A stretch of DNA of 59,195 nucleotides, the filler included, from Sphacelaria rigidula (lineage: Eukaryota): assembly GCA_964200075.2 (NCBI GenBank). It is 7 parts of 7 records of this genome, joined end to end, with 100 filler letters (N's around TTAATTAATTAA, not from the genome) between each part and the next. Parts side by side here need not be neighbours in the genome. Positions count along the whole stretch, not along the records: positions 8,473 to 16,844 come from CAXNAA020011359.1; positions 16,945 to 25,315 come from CAXNAA020011360.1; 5 more parts are not named here. The stretch is one strand, 5' to 3'. The notes under the pieces are model-generated. The model made no database searches and was not told the origin of the DNA. It saw only the letters and a list, made by a program, of their open reading frames with translations. Of this stretch, positions 11,430 through 24,854 are shown piece by piece. The translations under genes and the position numbers were made by a program. Within the stretch, counting starts at the first letter, position 1; each line of letters opens with the position of its first letter.

Positions 11430-14054
11430 CGACAGCTTGTGGTAGTGCTCCACGTCTTCCCTCATCATGTCCAGCTCGTCCACCCCGATGTTTTGATTTG
11501 TCAGCTTTTTCACGGAAACCGGGACGGTTCCTAGGGTCGCGAAGGATACCTGCACAGCAAATAAGGGCAGCACACAGCAAGTAATACCGCACATTCAAAT
11601 ACGCTACGGCCGGTGTAGTTTGTCGCCAACAGCCTGCCGCAATCGAGAAATTTCCGGACAGTATAGTGTCAATTTCATTTATTGTGCGTACTCTTGTCTC
11701 CAGCGTTCGCTCTATTTCTCTGTCCTTCAAAAAATCTCCACCTTGCTCGAGTTTCCTCTATTTTCAGGAAAATACTTCCGTTAATTTACCTTGGATAACA
11801 TACGTCGTCCTTATGACGAAGGCTGGGTGCGCATCGACGATCAACCGATCAAGCAATCAACCTGTCAACCAACTACTCACGCAATCAGTGGTGTGTGGAA
11901 TAAACAACCTTCACCAGCTACCATAGATCACGGAGTATATGCAGGATCGACCACCCGGGTCTACAACCCAACCTTGACTTTTCCCTCTGTCTGTCTCCCT
12001 CTCGCGCTTGTGTAAATGTGTTTTTCCACCTGTACATGCAAGCAACGGCCCCGCACCCCTGTAAGATCGATCCCGTTTTGACCGCGAGTCTTGAATATAA
12101 AATACCTTGGGGATGACAAAAAGACAAACAACAAAAGGCACAACACAACTTATTACTCATTATACTTATTACTTATTATGGCGGTGTGGGTAGCTTGTAG
12201 ACATCACAGTTTCACCACGTCATCGATTTTGGGGCTGTCATCCGCAGGAGTCATGAGTACAGACACGAAGTGAGGCTCCCACCACAATGCGGTCAAATTA
12301 CTCCGCATATGCCCCATCCGCTGTACTAGCTCCCACCACAATGCGGTCAAATTACTCCGCATGTGCCCCATCCGCTGTACTAGCTCCCACCACAATGCGG
12401 TCAAATTACTCCGCATATGCCCCATCCGCTGTACTAGAATGAAGTAATCGATTGCCCCATACCGCAATAGTGAGGAATCACAGCATAGAATGGTCATGCT
12501 CAGGACTGGCGAGCCAATGTTCTATGCTGACACCCTCGTTTGATCCATGGTATTCAGAAAAAAGGAGGGTTTTATGCACGAAATCAGCAACCTTGAGGGG
12601 AGGGGGGGCTAATACGTGTTCCTCTGGAGCAAAACAACTGCGCCGCGTGGACCTCCAGAGATGAACAACAAGATGGTGATATTTCCTTGCTGCACGACAA
12701 TGAAATGTTTTACTTTCTTGTTTTTCTTGAACCTGGAAAAAAAAATCAGGGAAGAGTAAACTACGGCAGTGGGTCGAAGTGAAGAAAGATGCGAAAAACG
12801 AAGAAAAAAAAAAAAAACACTATAATAGCGTGCCTCACAGCCCTCACCGTTCCGAAGCCGCCGCTTCCTAGCTTTCTCCTGCGCTTTTCAAAGCGGAGGG
12901 ATCCGTAATCTTCAGGTCGACGAAGAAAAATGAAAAAGGAACACCGGTGGACAACAACAAAAAAAATAACACAGATGTGCATACGTCACGAATATGTATA
13001 GTGTACTACTTGTATCTGTACATGAAAAGCATCAAGAGGGAAACACGCACCGGAGTGAAGCAGCGTGCATGAAAAAAAAAAAATGAAAAAAAAACAGGAT
13101 TAATGAGAACACGCTACGATACAGCGGAGGCAAGCAGTCACGACCGTACGAAGGGTACTACGCCCGAACGCCAAGAAGTGAAAGACAGCAGAATCAACGA
13201 TCCCAATATGTAGGGCGAAAATATCAAAATTGGTATCCGAAGCGATAAAAATATATATTTACAGAAAGCAACAGGAAAAAACGAAAATGCACAGAGGAGC
13301 GAAACTTTGACAATTTTTCAGAACATGAAAGACGACAAAAAAACATGACAAAACCGCAAAACACGAGTGTATGAAAAGGTGGAGCAAATTAACAAAACGC
13401 GTGAACAGCAGAAACAAGAGAAGAAAAATCTCATCCTCATACAGCACTAAGGAGTGACCAGACCGATCCGGATTCCTCACCCACAAAAAAATAAACAAGC
13501 AGGCATGATTGAACAGAAAAGACAAAAGAGGAGCCCCGAAGGAAAACACAAGGAGAAAGAGGCGAGTTGACGGATCTGGACGACGAAAAAAAAGAAGAAG
13601 CAAAAGACACAACCACGGGTCTCAATCAAACAATGGGCAGCCAGGTCTATCCACCGATCAATGCCAAACTTGTGTAACGATCGTGAGAGAGAAAGAGCCG
13701 GGAGCGCACCAGGATGACGCGCCAATAATTATCGAGTGCTGGTACACACATCGCTGTCGTTTTTTTCAGCTTGTTGTACACTCGACATCCGACGGCAATG
13801 AATTAGTGTATGCATGATTCATAAAAGTCGGAAATCTCCCAAAACTCAATCTGTCTCTGATTTGCATTGTGCGCGCGGGCGTGCACACGCACACGCACAC
13901 ACGCACACACGTTCGCCTTGCGTACATTTTCGAGTCTTTTTTTCCTTTGCCGACGTGTGTAGAACCCCGCCCCTGGGACGCCGTGTTTCCTGTTCGTGGG
14001 CGTATTACTCTTCACTTCTCTCATACGGACCGCCTCATCGGGTAAGTAAAGCAG

Positions 14055-14110
<56 letters not shown>

Positions 14111-14239
14111 TGAAACATCCCTCGCACCGATTTCGGACATGCCTAGTCCTGTATCGGCAGCCTCCCGCATCCTTATCCGCTGAAGCGCCAGCATGATCTC
14201 ATTCGCCCGGTGATTGTCCCTCGTCGACCGAAGTTTCTC
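11430..14239 (-). CDS. Protein kinase (TKL-like), partial multi-exon gene covering subdomains I-III
   Basis: Confident exons are 12909-12848 (DYGSLRFEKRRRKLGSGGFGT, Gly-rich loop, AG/GTGAGG) and 11549-11430 (VSFATLGTVPVSVKKL...MMREDVEHYHKLS, CAG/GTGAGT), joined in phase 0. Phase-compatible but weaker upstream exons are 14239-14128, about 14019-13926 and 13668-13614. Downstream catalytic exons were not found in this contig. Confidence 0.75.
12275..12437. repeat. 54-bp tandem repeat, 3 copies, inside a kinase intron
   Basis: GCTCCCACCACAATGCGGTCAAATTACTCCGCAT(A/G)TGCCCCATCCGCTGTACTA repeated three times with one substitution. Confidence 0.95.
14055..14110. repeat. (GCAA)n microsatellite
   Basis: Directly visible tetranucleotide run. 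Confidence 0.95.
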
Positions 14240-15781
14240 CTAGGCGAAGAAAGCAAAAGACAAGGACAACAACGACAAAAACAAGAGCAAAACATTAGCG
14301 AGTACGCACAAAAAAAAAAAAAAGAGAAAAATAAACGCAGCCACTGGTGCAAAAAAGCGTGCACGGAGGGAAAGTTCTTCCTCGTGTGGCTCTCGTTGTG
14401 GCTTGATTTTCAGGACAAACTCTCGGACATTTTCGGACAGTTTCTATTTTTGCCAAAAATGGGAGAATAGATCTCTGATCCACGCCAGGCGACAGACGAC
14501 TTCAAGATATGGATCCAGCAATGACTTTTTTCTTCATGCCAGCAAAAAACTGCCTGTCTTTTTCTGGACTTCAACCCATCTTGGACAAAACGCAACTGTG
14601 TCAAAAAATAAAACGCCACCACCTGAAAACGCAAATGTGAACTTGATCTATCTGTCTCATCGAGTATAGCAAGGCATTCCAATGTGTCAACACCCGCCTA
14701 GCACTCTTTAAGCGCTCAAAAAGACGCGGTAGAATAAAAAAGGCAGATTCACACAAACTGTTCTTGTGCCTTCCCAAGAAAAAGCGGCCGGAGAAGTCTG
14801 GAGAATATAGAGTTGCAGACTGGCTGCCAGTTTAACCGACCAGGTACAGGTGAGTAACACAACTGGTTCAAGCGACACATGTGTCACACTCCAAAGTGTT
14901 CTGTGTACATATGCGTCATAGTCGAGTGACTATTTCTGAAGTATTGTCGTACTACAACGACCGTGGGGACGCTTTTACAGAGGCGAGTACATGACCGCAC
15001 GGCGCACACACCTAGACGTAAACACGAATATCGTAGACAATATACTCTAATACACAGAAAAAAATAGATTGGGCACGGGCAGTTGTTGATTGAGCGGATC
15101 TGAAATGTGAAGCAAGACTGTGATTCGTAGCGTTGTTGTGTCTGCTTTGCTTTTTTCTGTCGGCATCGAGAGCCAAGCATTCAGTGGTGGTTGGTCAGTG
15201 TGAAACGCAAGCATGAGGAAGAGTCGAGATTTCTGTTGAATTTTCTTGGCTGATAAAGTCACACTCAAAAGCGTCACCAAGTTGCCGTGTTACTAGTAGT
15301 TCCTGGCGCTCGGGTGGTACACGGGGAACGCTATGTATGCTGCACCCCCATGCATACCATGGTTTATATTTTTGTGCACCGATTGCGTGCTCGAATTACT
15401 GGCGCTAGGTGGCTAGAATTTACCGCGATTTTGAAGAGATGTGAAGCTACATGGAATATTTATCTTGCCTTCGGCGGGGCCCCCTCACCAGCCGGGGGGG
15501 GGGGGGGGGGGGGGTTTGCCCCCACCCCTATTTGCGTGGTGGCAGCCGAGCCANNNNNNNNNNTGTTTTTTTGGTTGTTTTTTTGTTTTTTTTTTTTTTT
15601 TTTTTTCTGTTGGGGGGGCCCCTCTCCCGCGGGGGGGGGGGGGGGGGGGGGGGCGTTTACGCGACTCCGTCGTGTTGCCTTGCCAGGCAACGCTAGAGGA
15701 GTCGCGCGGCGGCTTCGCCGCCAGTTATCCAGTTTTAACTGATGACTGTAACTGGTTGATTTTTTTTACATCCAGTTACAG

Positions 15782-16419
15782 CAGTGGCCCCGATTTTATG
15801 CCAGGTAGTGTCCCTCCCCCCCCAAAATCGCATAAAATTGAAATGGCATGAAATCATTTGCATGCCGTTTCGGCATATAACCAGGGGCACTTTTATACCG
15901 GTTTAGCATAAAATCGGACTAGCACACAGAGCACAATTACGCACTATGTAACACCCTTTGACCATGAATCCACATTGTTTTGCGCAGATGGGCTTCGGGG
16001 TAAATGGCTTTGCTGCTCTCCGGGTCTTGCACGCCGCACATTCCATCGACATACTCGCCACACTTGCGGCACCAATATTGTGTGCAGTGAGGTGGGCCTG
16101 GCGTTAGCTCTGGCGCCTTGCAGCGTTATCCTGCTGCACATGGCATGACTTACAACTTCGAGTGCTGCCGTGTTCGTGCTTCACTCGTGGCAAGCTCGCA
16201 TGTCAAGCTGATATCTGGGTACAAAAATGGACCGAAAATATCCCGCGTCGGCATAAAAGCGGTTCAATAATATGCCAATTTGGCAAAAAAGATGATTATA
16301 TGCCGTTTATGGGAGGACAATACGAAAGCGGCATAAAAAAAAAGAAAAAATGTGTTCTCTGGAAAAACGGCATAAAATATATTTGGCATTACATAGCTGG
16401 CATAAAATCGGGTTCACTA
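15782..16419. mobile_element. MITE with about 23-bp TIRs and subterminal GCATAAAA motifs (hAT-like ends, TSD not resolved)
   Basis: CAGTGGCCCCGATTTTATGCCAG at the left end and CTGGCATAAAATCGGGTTCACTA at the right end, with repeated GCATAAAA/TTATGCC motifs near both ends. Confidence 0.65.
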
Positions 16420-16844
16420 CTCTAACTGATTGGCCAAACCAGTTCACAATCTAAAAGAAAAAATATGTGAATATATATATATATATATATACATATCCGA
16501 ATTAGTCGCATGAAAAACCCCACTCAGTATTCCAGTACACGTAGACTTCTACCCAATCCGGCTGCCCCCCAAAAACGCGGTTGAAAAATACTTGCGACGT
16601 AGTTCTGATCATTTTGAACAATATTTTTGTGAGATTGACAGTCTTGCGCTGATTGAGAGTGATTTTTCGCTCAAGCTTGACCAACTCTTCACTTTGTCAG
16701 CGCTTTTCCTTGCCTGTACAGTAGTCAGCGTCAGAAGTATGCAGAATCCGTAATTTCGTAGTTTCTCAACGATTGTCCAAATTTGTTTTGCTTGCCACCG
16801 CTCATCACGGTGACTATAAAAAAAAAAAAAATGGACATCGGGAG

Positions 16845-16944
16845 NNNNNNNNNNNNNNNNNNNNNNNNNNNNNNNNNNNNNNNNNNNNTTAATTAATTAA
16901 NNNNNNNNNNNNNNNNNNNNNNNNNNNNNNNNNNNNNNNNNNNN
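16845..16944. other. Artificial contig linker
   Basis: N44-TTAATTAATTAA-N44. Confidence 0.98.
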
Positions 16945-19900
16945 TTGCTGCGTCCGTGTTGCTCGGTGGCTCGTCGTTTCGGTGGTGGGGGGGGGGGGGG
17001 GGGGGGCTATCGTAAAAAGTGTCGGCTAGTACCGTCAGCCCCAGCAATCGGCGCAGTTATCGTCAGGAGCGGCATACATGGCACCATGCCGTGATGCTGC
17101 CGACGCCAATGGATTTCAACGAATAATCGCAGTGGCTGATATGGGCGGCCGACTGTGAACATTCGCGAAACTTGGTCAGGAAATACGAGACAGGTACTGA
17201 GAATAATCCTAGAGCTCACCCGGCCTCCGTCGGTCCTCCGCTCCCCTCGTACACGCCGACTTCACATCCAACAGGTAGAATTCCCGCTTCCCGCATGAGC
17301 GATAACGCCTGTCGCGCTTTCGCCGCTTTCACACCGGTTCTTCCTTCCCCCACGATCACCGTTCGCAACGGATACGGTCTGTGCCTACCTCAGCGAAAAC
17401 CGCAAAATACGCATGGACAAAAAAAAGGCGAAAAACGACGTGTTATTTGTGAAAACCAGACAAAGAGATAAAAACAACGACACGGAAAGCGTCAGGACAG
17501 TTGCGAAAGCCAAAAAACCATTCGGTGAGACACTGACATCTGCAGGGGCTTTCCTTCACCTTGCTTGCCCGTCCTTCGAGACTTCCGCCGTCCGTCTGGC
17601 CTCCGCTGTGAAGGCCGCGAACAACATGCAGCATGCTAGGAACCCGTCGGCTTCCCACTTAGTCGTCACGATCACCTCGTCGTAAGCCTAGTAACCAAAC
17701 AAAAACGCGACGGGTGGTTGGTAACGAGTACACGAGAACGGTGCGGCATATTCTAACAACAGCGTCATCGTATAATACCAAGTTAGCAACTGAACAAACG
17801 TGGCGGGGTTGACGAAAAAATGAGGCTGGGTGGGTACACATGAATCGCAACGATTGATTCGAGCCTTCAGAGTTGACAGAGAAAATTGGCGACGGTAAAC
17901 TGAGCAGGCGGGGGCTACGATCACGACGCCATGTTTCTCGACGGTAACTGTATGTCTAAAGAAGTGCATTCCTAATCGTATTCACGTAGTCGGCGACAAC
18001 GCCCGCCAGTGTAGGAGACTACCTTCTCTCAGCTCCACAGCCGAACGGTACATCAAATTTGACAGCTCGACTTCCGAAAACTCACATACAAGTAGTGTAC
18101 CACACACGCGCGTTCCATTTTGAAGGGAAACCTCGACAGAACAAAAACACGACTTCTCCTGAGACCAGGTCATGAGCCTGCTAAATGTGAAAAGCAAGGA
18201 GTAGCTGCACAACTCCCACTCACGGAAATGTCGATGAATCTGCGTGGGGCTGTCGTCGCTGCCACCCGTCCCAGTCTAACTTCTTGCGCCACGAAGTCGA
18301 GATATCGCCTACCCAGGTCTGATACATCGTTCGGCGAGCTCGGGGTTTTTCCAGCTAGAATCTGCTGCGAGACACGAAGGAAAGAAGGCATGACATGAGA
18401 ACACTGGATGAGAAGACGATCATGACCATCAGTGCTTGTCAGTATAACAACGGCAGAGAGCATTTGGTATTTGAAATGGCCAATTACCCGTGCGTGCTGC
18501 CATCACCATGAATGTACAACAGCTGACCATATCGAGATGTCGGAAGCCTGCCACGCACGACGGAGTGAATACGGAAAGAAAAATCTGTAACGAAACAAAA
18601 CGAAACCGTAATAACATAGAGTTGAGCCACTCGTAGCTTCTTGTGGCACGGTCATTTTGAAGGTAGGTGTGCACACGTCAACAGCGATAAAACCCCATCG
18701 CCTCACAGACGCCAACATGAGCTTAGCAATGCGATGTTTTTTGCGACATGAACAACATCGTCATCTTCCACCGCAGAAATCATCAACACCAACACCGGTA
18801 CTACCACCGCCGCAGTACAGTGGCGTTTTGCTAACCCTTGCCTTCTGGTGCAGTTGGCCATCCTCCGTGGTTGTACAGTCGTCGGTACCGAAGCTTTTTC
18901 TCCGCCTATCTCGCAAGACCTTTCCAGCGTCACGGAGCTGGGGCGGACGCCATATCGGAGCTAAAGCTATGGTCAGTAGAAGCGCTGCGCATTCCAGAAT
19001 GGCAAACCTGCCAAACGATATACACGGTGCTCATCAGAATATGGTTCGATGTCGTGGTCCATTATATTCTACACTTCCGTCAGCGACGAACATTGTAAGG
19101 GAGCGGTCCCGAAGACTCCAAAACCCAGCACCTCAATAATGGAGGTGGCGCTTCAAAAGGGTGGGGGTAGCTTTGCGTCTTAATTGTTGTATTCTTGTTG
19201 GTAGCCACGACTACGCCAATGGGGTGCTTCGTCTCTCCTATATTCGACAGCGAACAAAGCACTTACGGTAACGTGCCGAAAGCTACTTTATATCTCTCAC
19301 CGTTTCTGCATCCCGCTGAACTCTCGGCGCTTTTATCGCGGTGTTGGGGATTTCACCAAAGTTACTCGAAAAATGTACTGAAAAATGTGCCGGAACGACC
19401 ATTGCACTTCATGGTTATTCAACAAGAACACTTCATTGGCGCGAGCACAAGCGAAGAGAGGAGCCGTGCTCAACAACGAATGTCAGCGCGCCTACTTCTG
19501 GTTGTACGTTTCGGACAGAGTGCGATCAACCGGGTGCGGGAGCAGATGGATAGGGGAGTAGATTGATGCCATCATCACAACAAGGGAAGGTCTGAAACGG
19601 TACGGCGATCATGCAACCATAAGTCGTCCCGCTTGGTCTTCACACCGTTTCGCCGGTAAGACAGCGGGTGCGGAAGGTGCTGGTGAAGCAAAGATGCAGA
19701 TGAAACACGCGGTACCGACCTCTCCCAAGATATACCCGTATGTCGTCTTCCCCCTCCTCGAGCGCGAACCCTGTGGCCCCCGTGGACAAGCCCCGAGCGC
19801 ATAAGAGGCGAAGTCGCGAGGTCAAACAGCCAGATGACGTTCGGATGTAAATAAAAGCGTATCGTGTGTCCGGCTCCAATATTCTCGAGAAGTGAAGGAA

Positions 19901-22062
19901 CCCAGATCAGGAAACCAACATATTTTTAGCGTTCTAGATGCGACAGGCTACAATGCTATCACCTGAAAGAGCTCAGGCAGACGAGTGACCGGACGGTGAG
20001 AACCCACGGGAGATGCAAGTGGCGGGAAATGCGGTCGGTGGTCACAGCAGAAGTGCTGCCGATATTCGCGCGTTGCCCCCGGTGGTCATTCTAGTATCCG
20101 AGTCCTGGAAACAATACAAGCACCCTGTGCCGGCTGATACAACAGTACCTGGGCTGTAAAAAGGGTGCAAGATCGCGTGATACCGTTTGCGCATGACACC
20201 TTTCGGCGAAAACGCCTTCGTCACTGCAGTTTTTGCGCAATGGGATTTCTCTCTCACACTACTAAAAAACAAATGACCTGAAAACCCCCCGAAAAAGGGT
20301 GAATTTGAGTGATATTTGAGAGTCATCACTTGATCCGTTTGTGAGGCTATGCTTGAAGAATACAACACGGTGGATCCACTTCACCCGATGCCACCCTCAA
20401 GCATCTAAATATGGGCACCAGCCGCGATCCTGCTCGTAGTACAGACATCACAAATAGCACGGGCGGTATCGCAAAACAGTTATGAAGGGTGCCCTAGCCT
20501 GTAACGATGCACAAAAATAACGGCCACGCGCCATGCGCCCGGTGCTGTTGCATCCGGACCCCAATGTGTGCTGCTGTGTACCTCCGAGTCCCAAAGTTCC
20601 GTGAGATAATGTGTGTTGGGTTTTCCATGTACTTGCTACATACCAACAATAACAGAGTTTGCAAATAGAGAACGCCAGTCCTCACGTCGATGGCAGTCGC
20701 ACTGAGTGGGACATGGGTTGCCCGTTATCGCCTGTGAACGTTGTACCAGCACCTGATGATGTACAGTAGTGGACGGTCTAACCGTTAATTTTGAGGCATT
20801 TTGTGATTTCTTCGTAGTTGGCAATTTTCTTGGACTCTTTTCGCTTGCTGCCTCATATCACATTGGGGATCTGAAGATATTTGTATCCGCTCCACATTCC
20901 AAGAAAAAAAAATCTGTACTCGATATTGAGTGACTTACGGGCTGACCGATCATCGGGGGTCCTGCGACGTTTCAGCCCAGATTCTTACTCTTCGGTATTT
21001 TCGGTCGACCGAGCCTGTCCCGATCATACTTGTAAGAGAATGTGCACTTTTATTTCTTTGAAATTCTACCTACTCATTGCACTAGAGCCGAAGAACTGTG
21101 TTTCACAGTAGAACACCCTCCTGATAAACGGGGTATTTACTCGTTTCGCCCGACAACACCAACTAGCACTTACTTGGGCACTGTGTTTCGAGGATGATCT
21201 GTTTCTTGTACCAAAATCTACCGACGCTAGCAATTTCGAGTTCTATCGAAAAGTAGTACGCGAGGAAAACCCCAAAACTCCGCTGAATAGTTAGACCGCC
21301 CACTACTGAGAAGCTCTTGCTTGCTGCACAGTCTCCCGTTGCTCGGCACACTCACAACCAAAGATATTTCATGTGTTCATTTCGTGGTGTTTTCCTCTGT
21401 TTTATGTTCAAGAAACATCAATCAAGGCAATCATGTCGAAAGGAGGTGCTATGTTCCGGCTCACCCCACCCGTTGCGTTTTTTGGTCAACCACATGTGCT
21501 GAACCGCACAGAAATGAGAAAAGGAATGGACGAGCAAACCCGGCGTTTTCGGTCACCGCGGGTCAAGATGTTCCATTTCCCTGTTGAAAATGCCAAACTC
21601 AGAGGGGTGGCGCGTGGGAGCATGGCGCGTTGATTCCAGGTACGCCCTTGCACATGGCATGGCTATAGCACAGCCAACCAGTGTAACTCCCGTAAAGTTG
21701 CGTTCGCTCAAAATTGTGGAGAACACACTGTGTAACTAATCAAGACAAAATACGATAGGAATTGATGTGATGCCTTTTGGCAGTTGCCCCCTTTTGGGGG
21801 GTTAGGGCTAGCTGAAGCAACCTTGCCAAAGTGGTTGGGGTAGGGTAGGCTAGCGTATACCGTCGGGTATTTTGGTGTGTCGATACCATCGGTTCCCTGG
21901 AATGAAATACTGAGTATCTTCGACAGTCCGGACCTTCGGTTCCCTGGCATACTGAGTATTGTGAGCGGTGATACCCCGGATACCAGGACTACTCTTTACG
22001 TGTACACAGTACTTCGGGTAGCAAACCTGGTATTTCAGACGGCGGATACCGTGGGATATCCA

Positions 22063-22546
22063 GCCTCTTTTAAACCGCAGCAGTACAAAAGGCAATGTCG
22101 TGACACAGACCGTACCGGCGCGTGCAGCTGCTTCGTTGCAAAGGTGGTTCATAAATCGCGCGAAGTCTAGAAGACGAGAAATGGAACAAGTGGAGGAATG
22201 CTCTGCGGCGGTAACAATCAAGATGCGATATGTACTGAACGGTGCTGCACTTGTTGATGTACAGTACCGCACGGTGATACTGTACGGCAGGTGCAGCATA
22301 CTTCAGTACATACTGCATCTTAATGTTAATGTACAATACCGCACGGTGATACTGTGCGATGGATGTAGCACAGTTCAGTACATATCGCATGTTGATTGCC
22401 ACCGCCACACGGCATTCCGAATATTCTTTCATTAACTTGCCTTTTGAGCTACGCGCAATTGACGAACCATCTATGCAACGAAGCTGCTGCACGCGCAGAC
22501 ACGGTCTGCGTCACGACATCGTCCACTGGTGCGGTTTCAAAAAGGC
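22063..22546. mobile_element. About 480-bp foldback element (long imperfect palindrome)
   Basis: 22063-22250 pairs with 22363-22546 (GTCGTGACACAGACCGT...GCTTCGTTGCA / TGCAACGAAGC...ACGGTCTGCGTCACGAC; GCGATATGTACTGAAC / GTTCAGTACATATCGC). The centre carries a direct repeat, GTACA.TACCGCACGGTGATACTGT, twice. Confidence 0.82.
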
Positions 22547-22934
22547 CAAAACCCTGGTTCTTTGTCGTCGTACGTAACTGCACATACGTGCCGTTCGTAC
22601 AGCGTGTACTCATGATCGTGGGGAGACTTGAGTTTCCCTCGATCTGCACGAAAATCAAGGAATCCCTGCACAGCGCGACGGTAAATGCGGAAAAAAAAAT
22701 AAGAACATTCATTATTCATTTTTTGTAGATCTCCCGGGGATCTCCACGTAACTATTGGAACAATTAACAGTAAAAATACAAAATCAGAATACAGTCAGGC
22801 CAAAATCAACATTCAAGATGCAACTGGGCAACTTGCTCTTGTGCAGGCAACTGGCTTTTGTGTAGGCAGCAAGATTAAAAAACGCAAGATTGTGATCCAG
22901 CTTTCCAGTAATATTTCCGTCCAGTACTGGGTAT

Positions 22935-23330
22935 GTACCCTGGAATAGTGAGTATTTCTGGATGTCGATATCCTGTGTACTCGGAATTATTGAGTATTTC
23001 TGTCAGATCCTGTCCTGGGTACCTTGGAGTATTGAACATTTCCGGATATCGACATCCTGGATACTCAGGGATATTGCGTATTTTCGGCACTCCATACCCT
23101 GGGTCCCCTATAATACTGCTTATTGTCGACAGCTGTTACCCGGGGTACTCTGGAATACTGAGTGTTTCGAGTCACCGGTGCTCTTGAATTCGGTACATAT
23201 AACCACCACTTCACGCGCAACACCGGGTTCTTCGGGGGTGGGTACCCGAGGTACCCTGGAATACCAAGTATTGTGGATAATCGGTACCCCGTGTATACAG
23301 AGTACTCAGCACCTCTACTCCGCACTCGGG
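22935..23330 (+). repeat. Diverged 42-bp-period tandem array (GTACYCTGGARTAYTGAGTATTT...), related blocks at 21856-22062 and 24362-24450
   Basis: Unit starts at 22935, 22977, 23019, 23061, 23103 and 23145 (exactly 42-bp spacing); further units from about 23252. Confidence 0.8.
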
Positions 23331-23841
23331 ATACCACACCGGGTAAATTGGGGGCGGATACCGAAGGTACCCTACATGTCGATACAGTGGGGGGTCCTCT
23401 TTAAGAGAGGTATGTGCCAAACTATGAAAAATTCTCCTATATCGGGCTTTCTCTTATTTCGATTTAACAGCGGTTTCTCTTAAATCGAGATACAGGCTAA
23501 AGAGAAAACCCCTCTCTAATCGAATATATATGCTTCACAGTACAGTAGGGGCTTCCGACAGGCTATTGAGTGAAGAGAGAGACTCCTATTTCGTGGTACG
23601 TTTCACCAGAGTGCTTGGGAGGAGCATTCTGAGCGCCATAGTGTGTTGGTTCGTATCCCGTGGGAGAACATATCCGCGGGACTAACTGCAACTTGTCGTT
23701 GCGTCTCACTGTTTCGTCAGGTCAAGACAACGATGTGCAGACAGCAGGACGGGCAACCCTGACTGGGTCCTTGTCCAGAGGAACCACTTTCTTTTCGGTC
23801 GAAAGACATTCCAGCAGTAGAAGTGGACCTGAAAATAAATA

Positions 23842-24138
23842 CCAGCATCACCCCACACCGTCACAGACTGAAGTGCGATGGCCTGTGAGGTGGGATCTCT
23901 CTGTGAGTTTCCACGGTTGACTCCGGACTCCCTCCATGACACATGGACGACAAACCAGTTGCAACTCAGAGTCACCTCACGACGGTATACCGCAGGTGTC
24001 ATGAAGTTGGCCTCCACAGACGCGGCATTTACGACCCGTGGAACGCTGGGAGTCCGGCGTCAATTGTGGAAACTCAAAGAGCGATCCCGCCACACAGGGC
24101 GTCGCACTTCAGAGTGTGACGATGTGGGGTGATGCTGG
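23842..24138. mobile_element. Tc1/mariner-type MITE with about 95-bp TIRs and TA flanks
   Basis: TA-CCAGCATCACCCCACA...TGTGGGGTGATGCTGG-TA. The arms pair through GAGTTTCCAC/GTGGAAACTC and CCGGACTCCC/GGGAGTCCGG. Confidence 0.8.
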
Positions 24139-24854
24139 TACTGTATTGACCCTCCTCACCGAGCTGCGTGTGGGTAGTGCTGTAGCTGGGTGCAGGAAGG
24201 ACGACTTTTCCAACTAGTTCTACAGGCGGGTGGGGAGGGGGGTCCGATTTAAAGGAAAATGGAAAAAGTGGGTTCGATTCAAGAGAGGGGTGTGCCAAGC
24301 CATTTCAACCTCTCTTGAATCGGGTATTCTCTCATTCCGGACTCTCTTCAATCGGACCCCCCACTGCACCCGGAATACCCTGTAGTACTGCGTATTTTGG
24401 TAGTCGGTACCCTGACAACCCTGGGGTACTGAGTGCTCCACATACCCGGAAAATTATAGACCTCCAGGGTCCTCTACCCTACCCTATAATATTTCCGATT
24501 TCTCATGCTTGCACGCACAAATCACCACCACACAGCGGCGGGGACAGCGATTAATCAGCCAAGTCTGTGGCCATCATCCACGATGTATGCTGTAAGAGCT
24601 GTGCTCACCCTGCAACAAAGCAACACACCCTTGACCAGAGATGAAGGGAATAACCTGCCCCCCGCGACGGCCGCCACAGACGGCCTTTGTACGCCAGCGC
24701 ACACCTTGTCAGGCTTTTTCAGACGTCATCCGCCGGCATCAACACCCCAGCCTTGTTCTATTCCTGTTCCTTTCGTGGTCTAATATATAGGACCATCGTT
24801 TCCTCCCTACTGTCCACGAGCTGGGCCAGCCGAGAAGCGATTCTGCAGTTTGCA

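Noticed and set aside
15470-15660. G-rich duplicated segment around an internal N run
   Set aside because: Homopolymers and duplicated flanks around a gap suggest a scaffolding artefact.
17200-20400. Several 90-160 aa ORFs
   Set aside because: No recognisable domain and no consistent exon chain.
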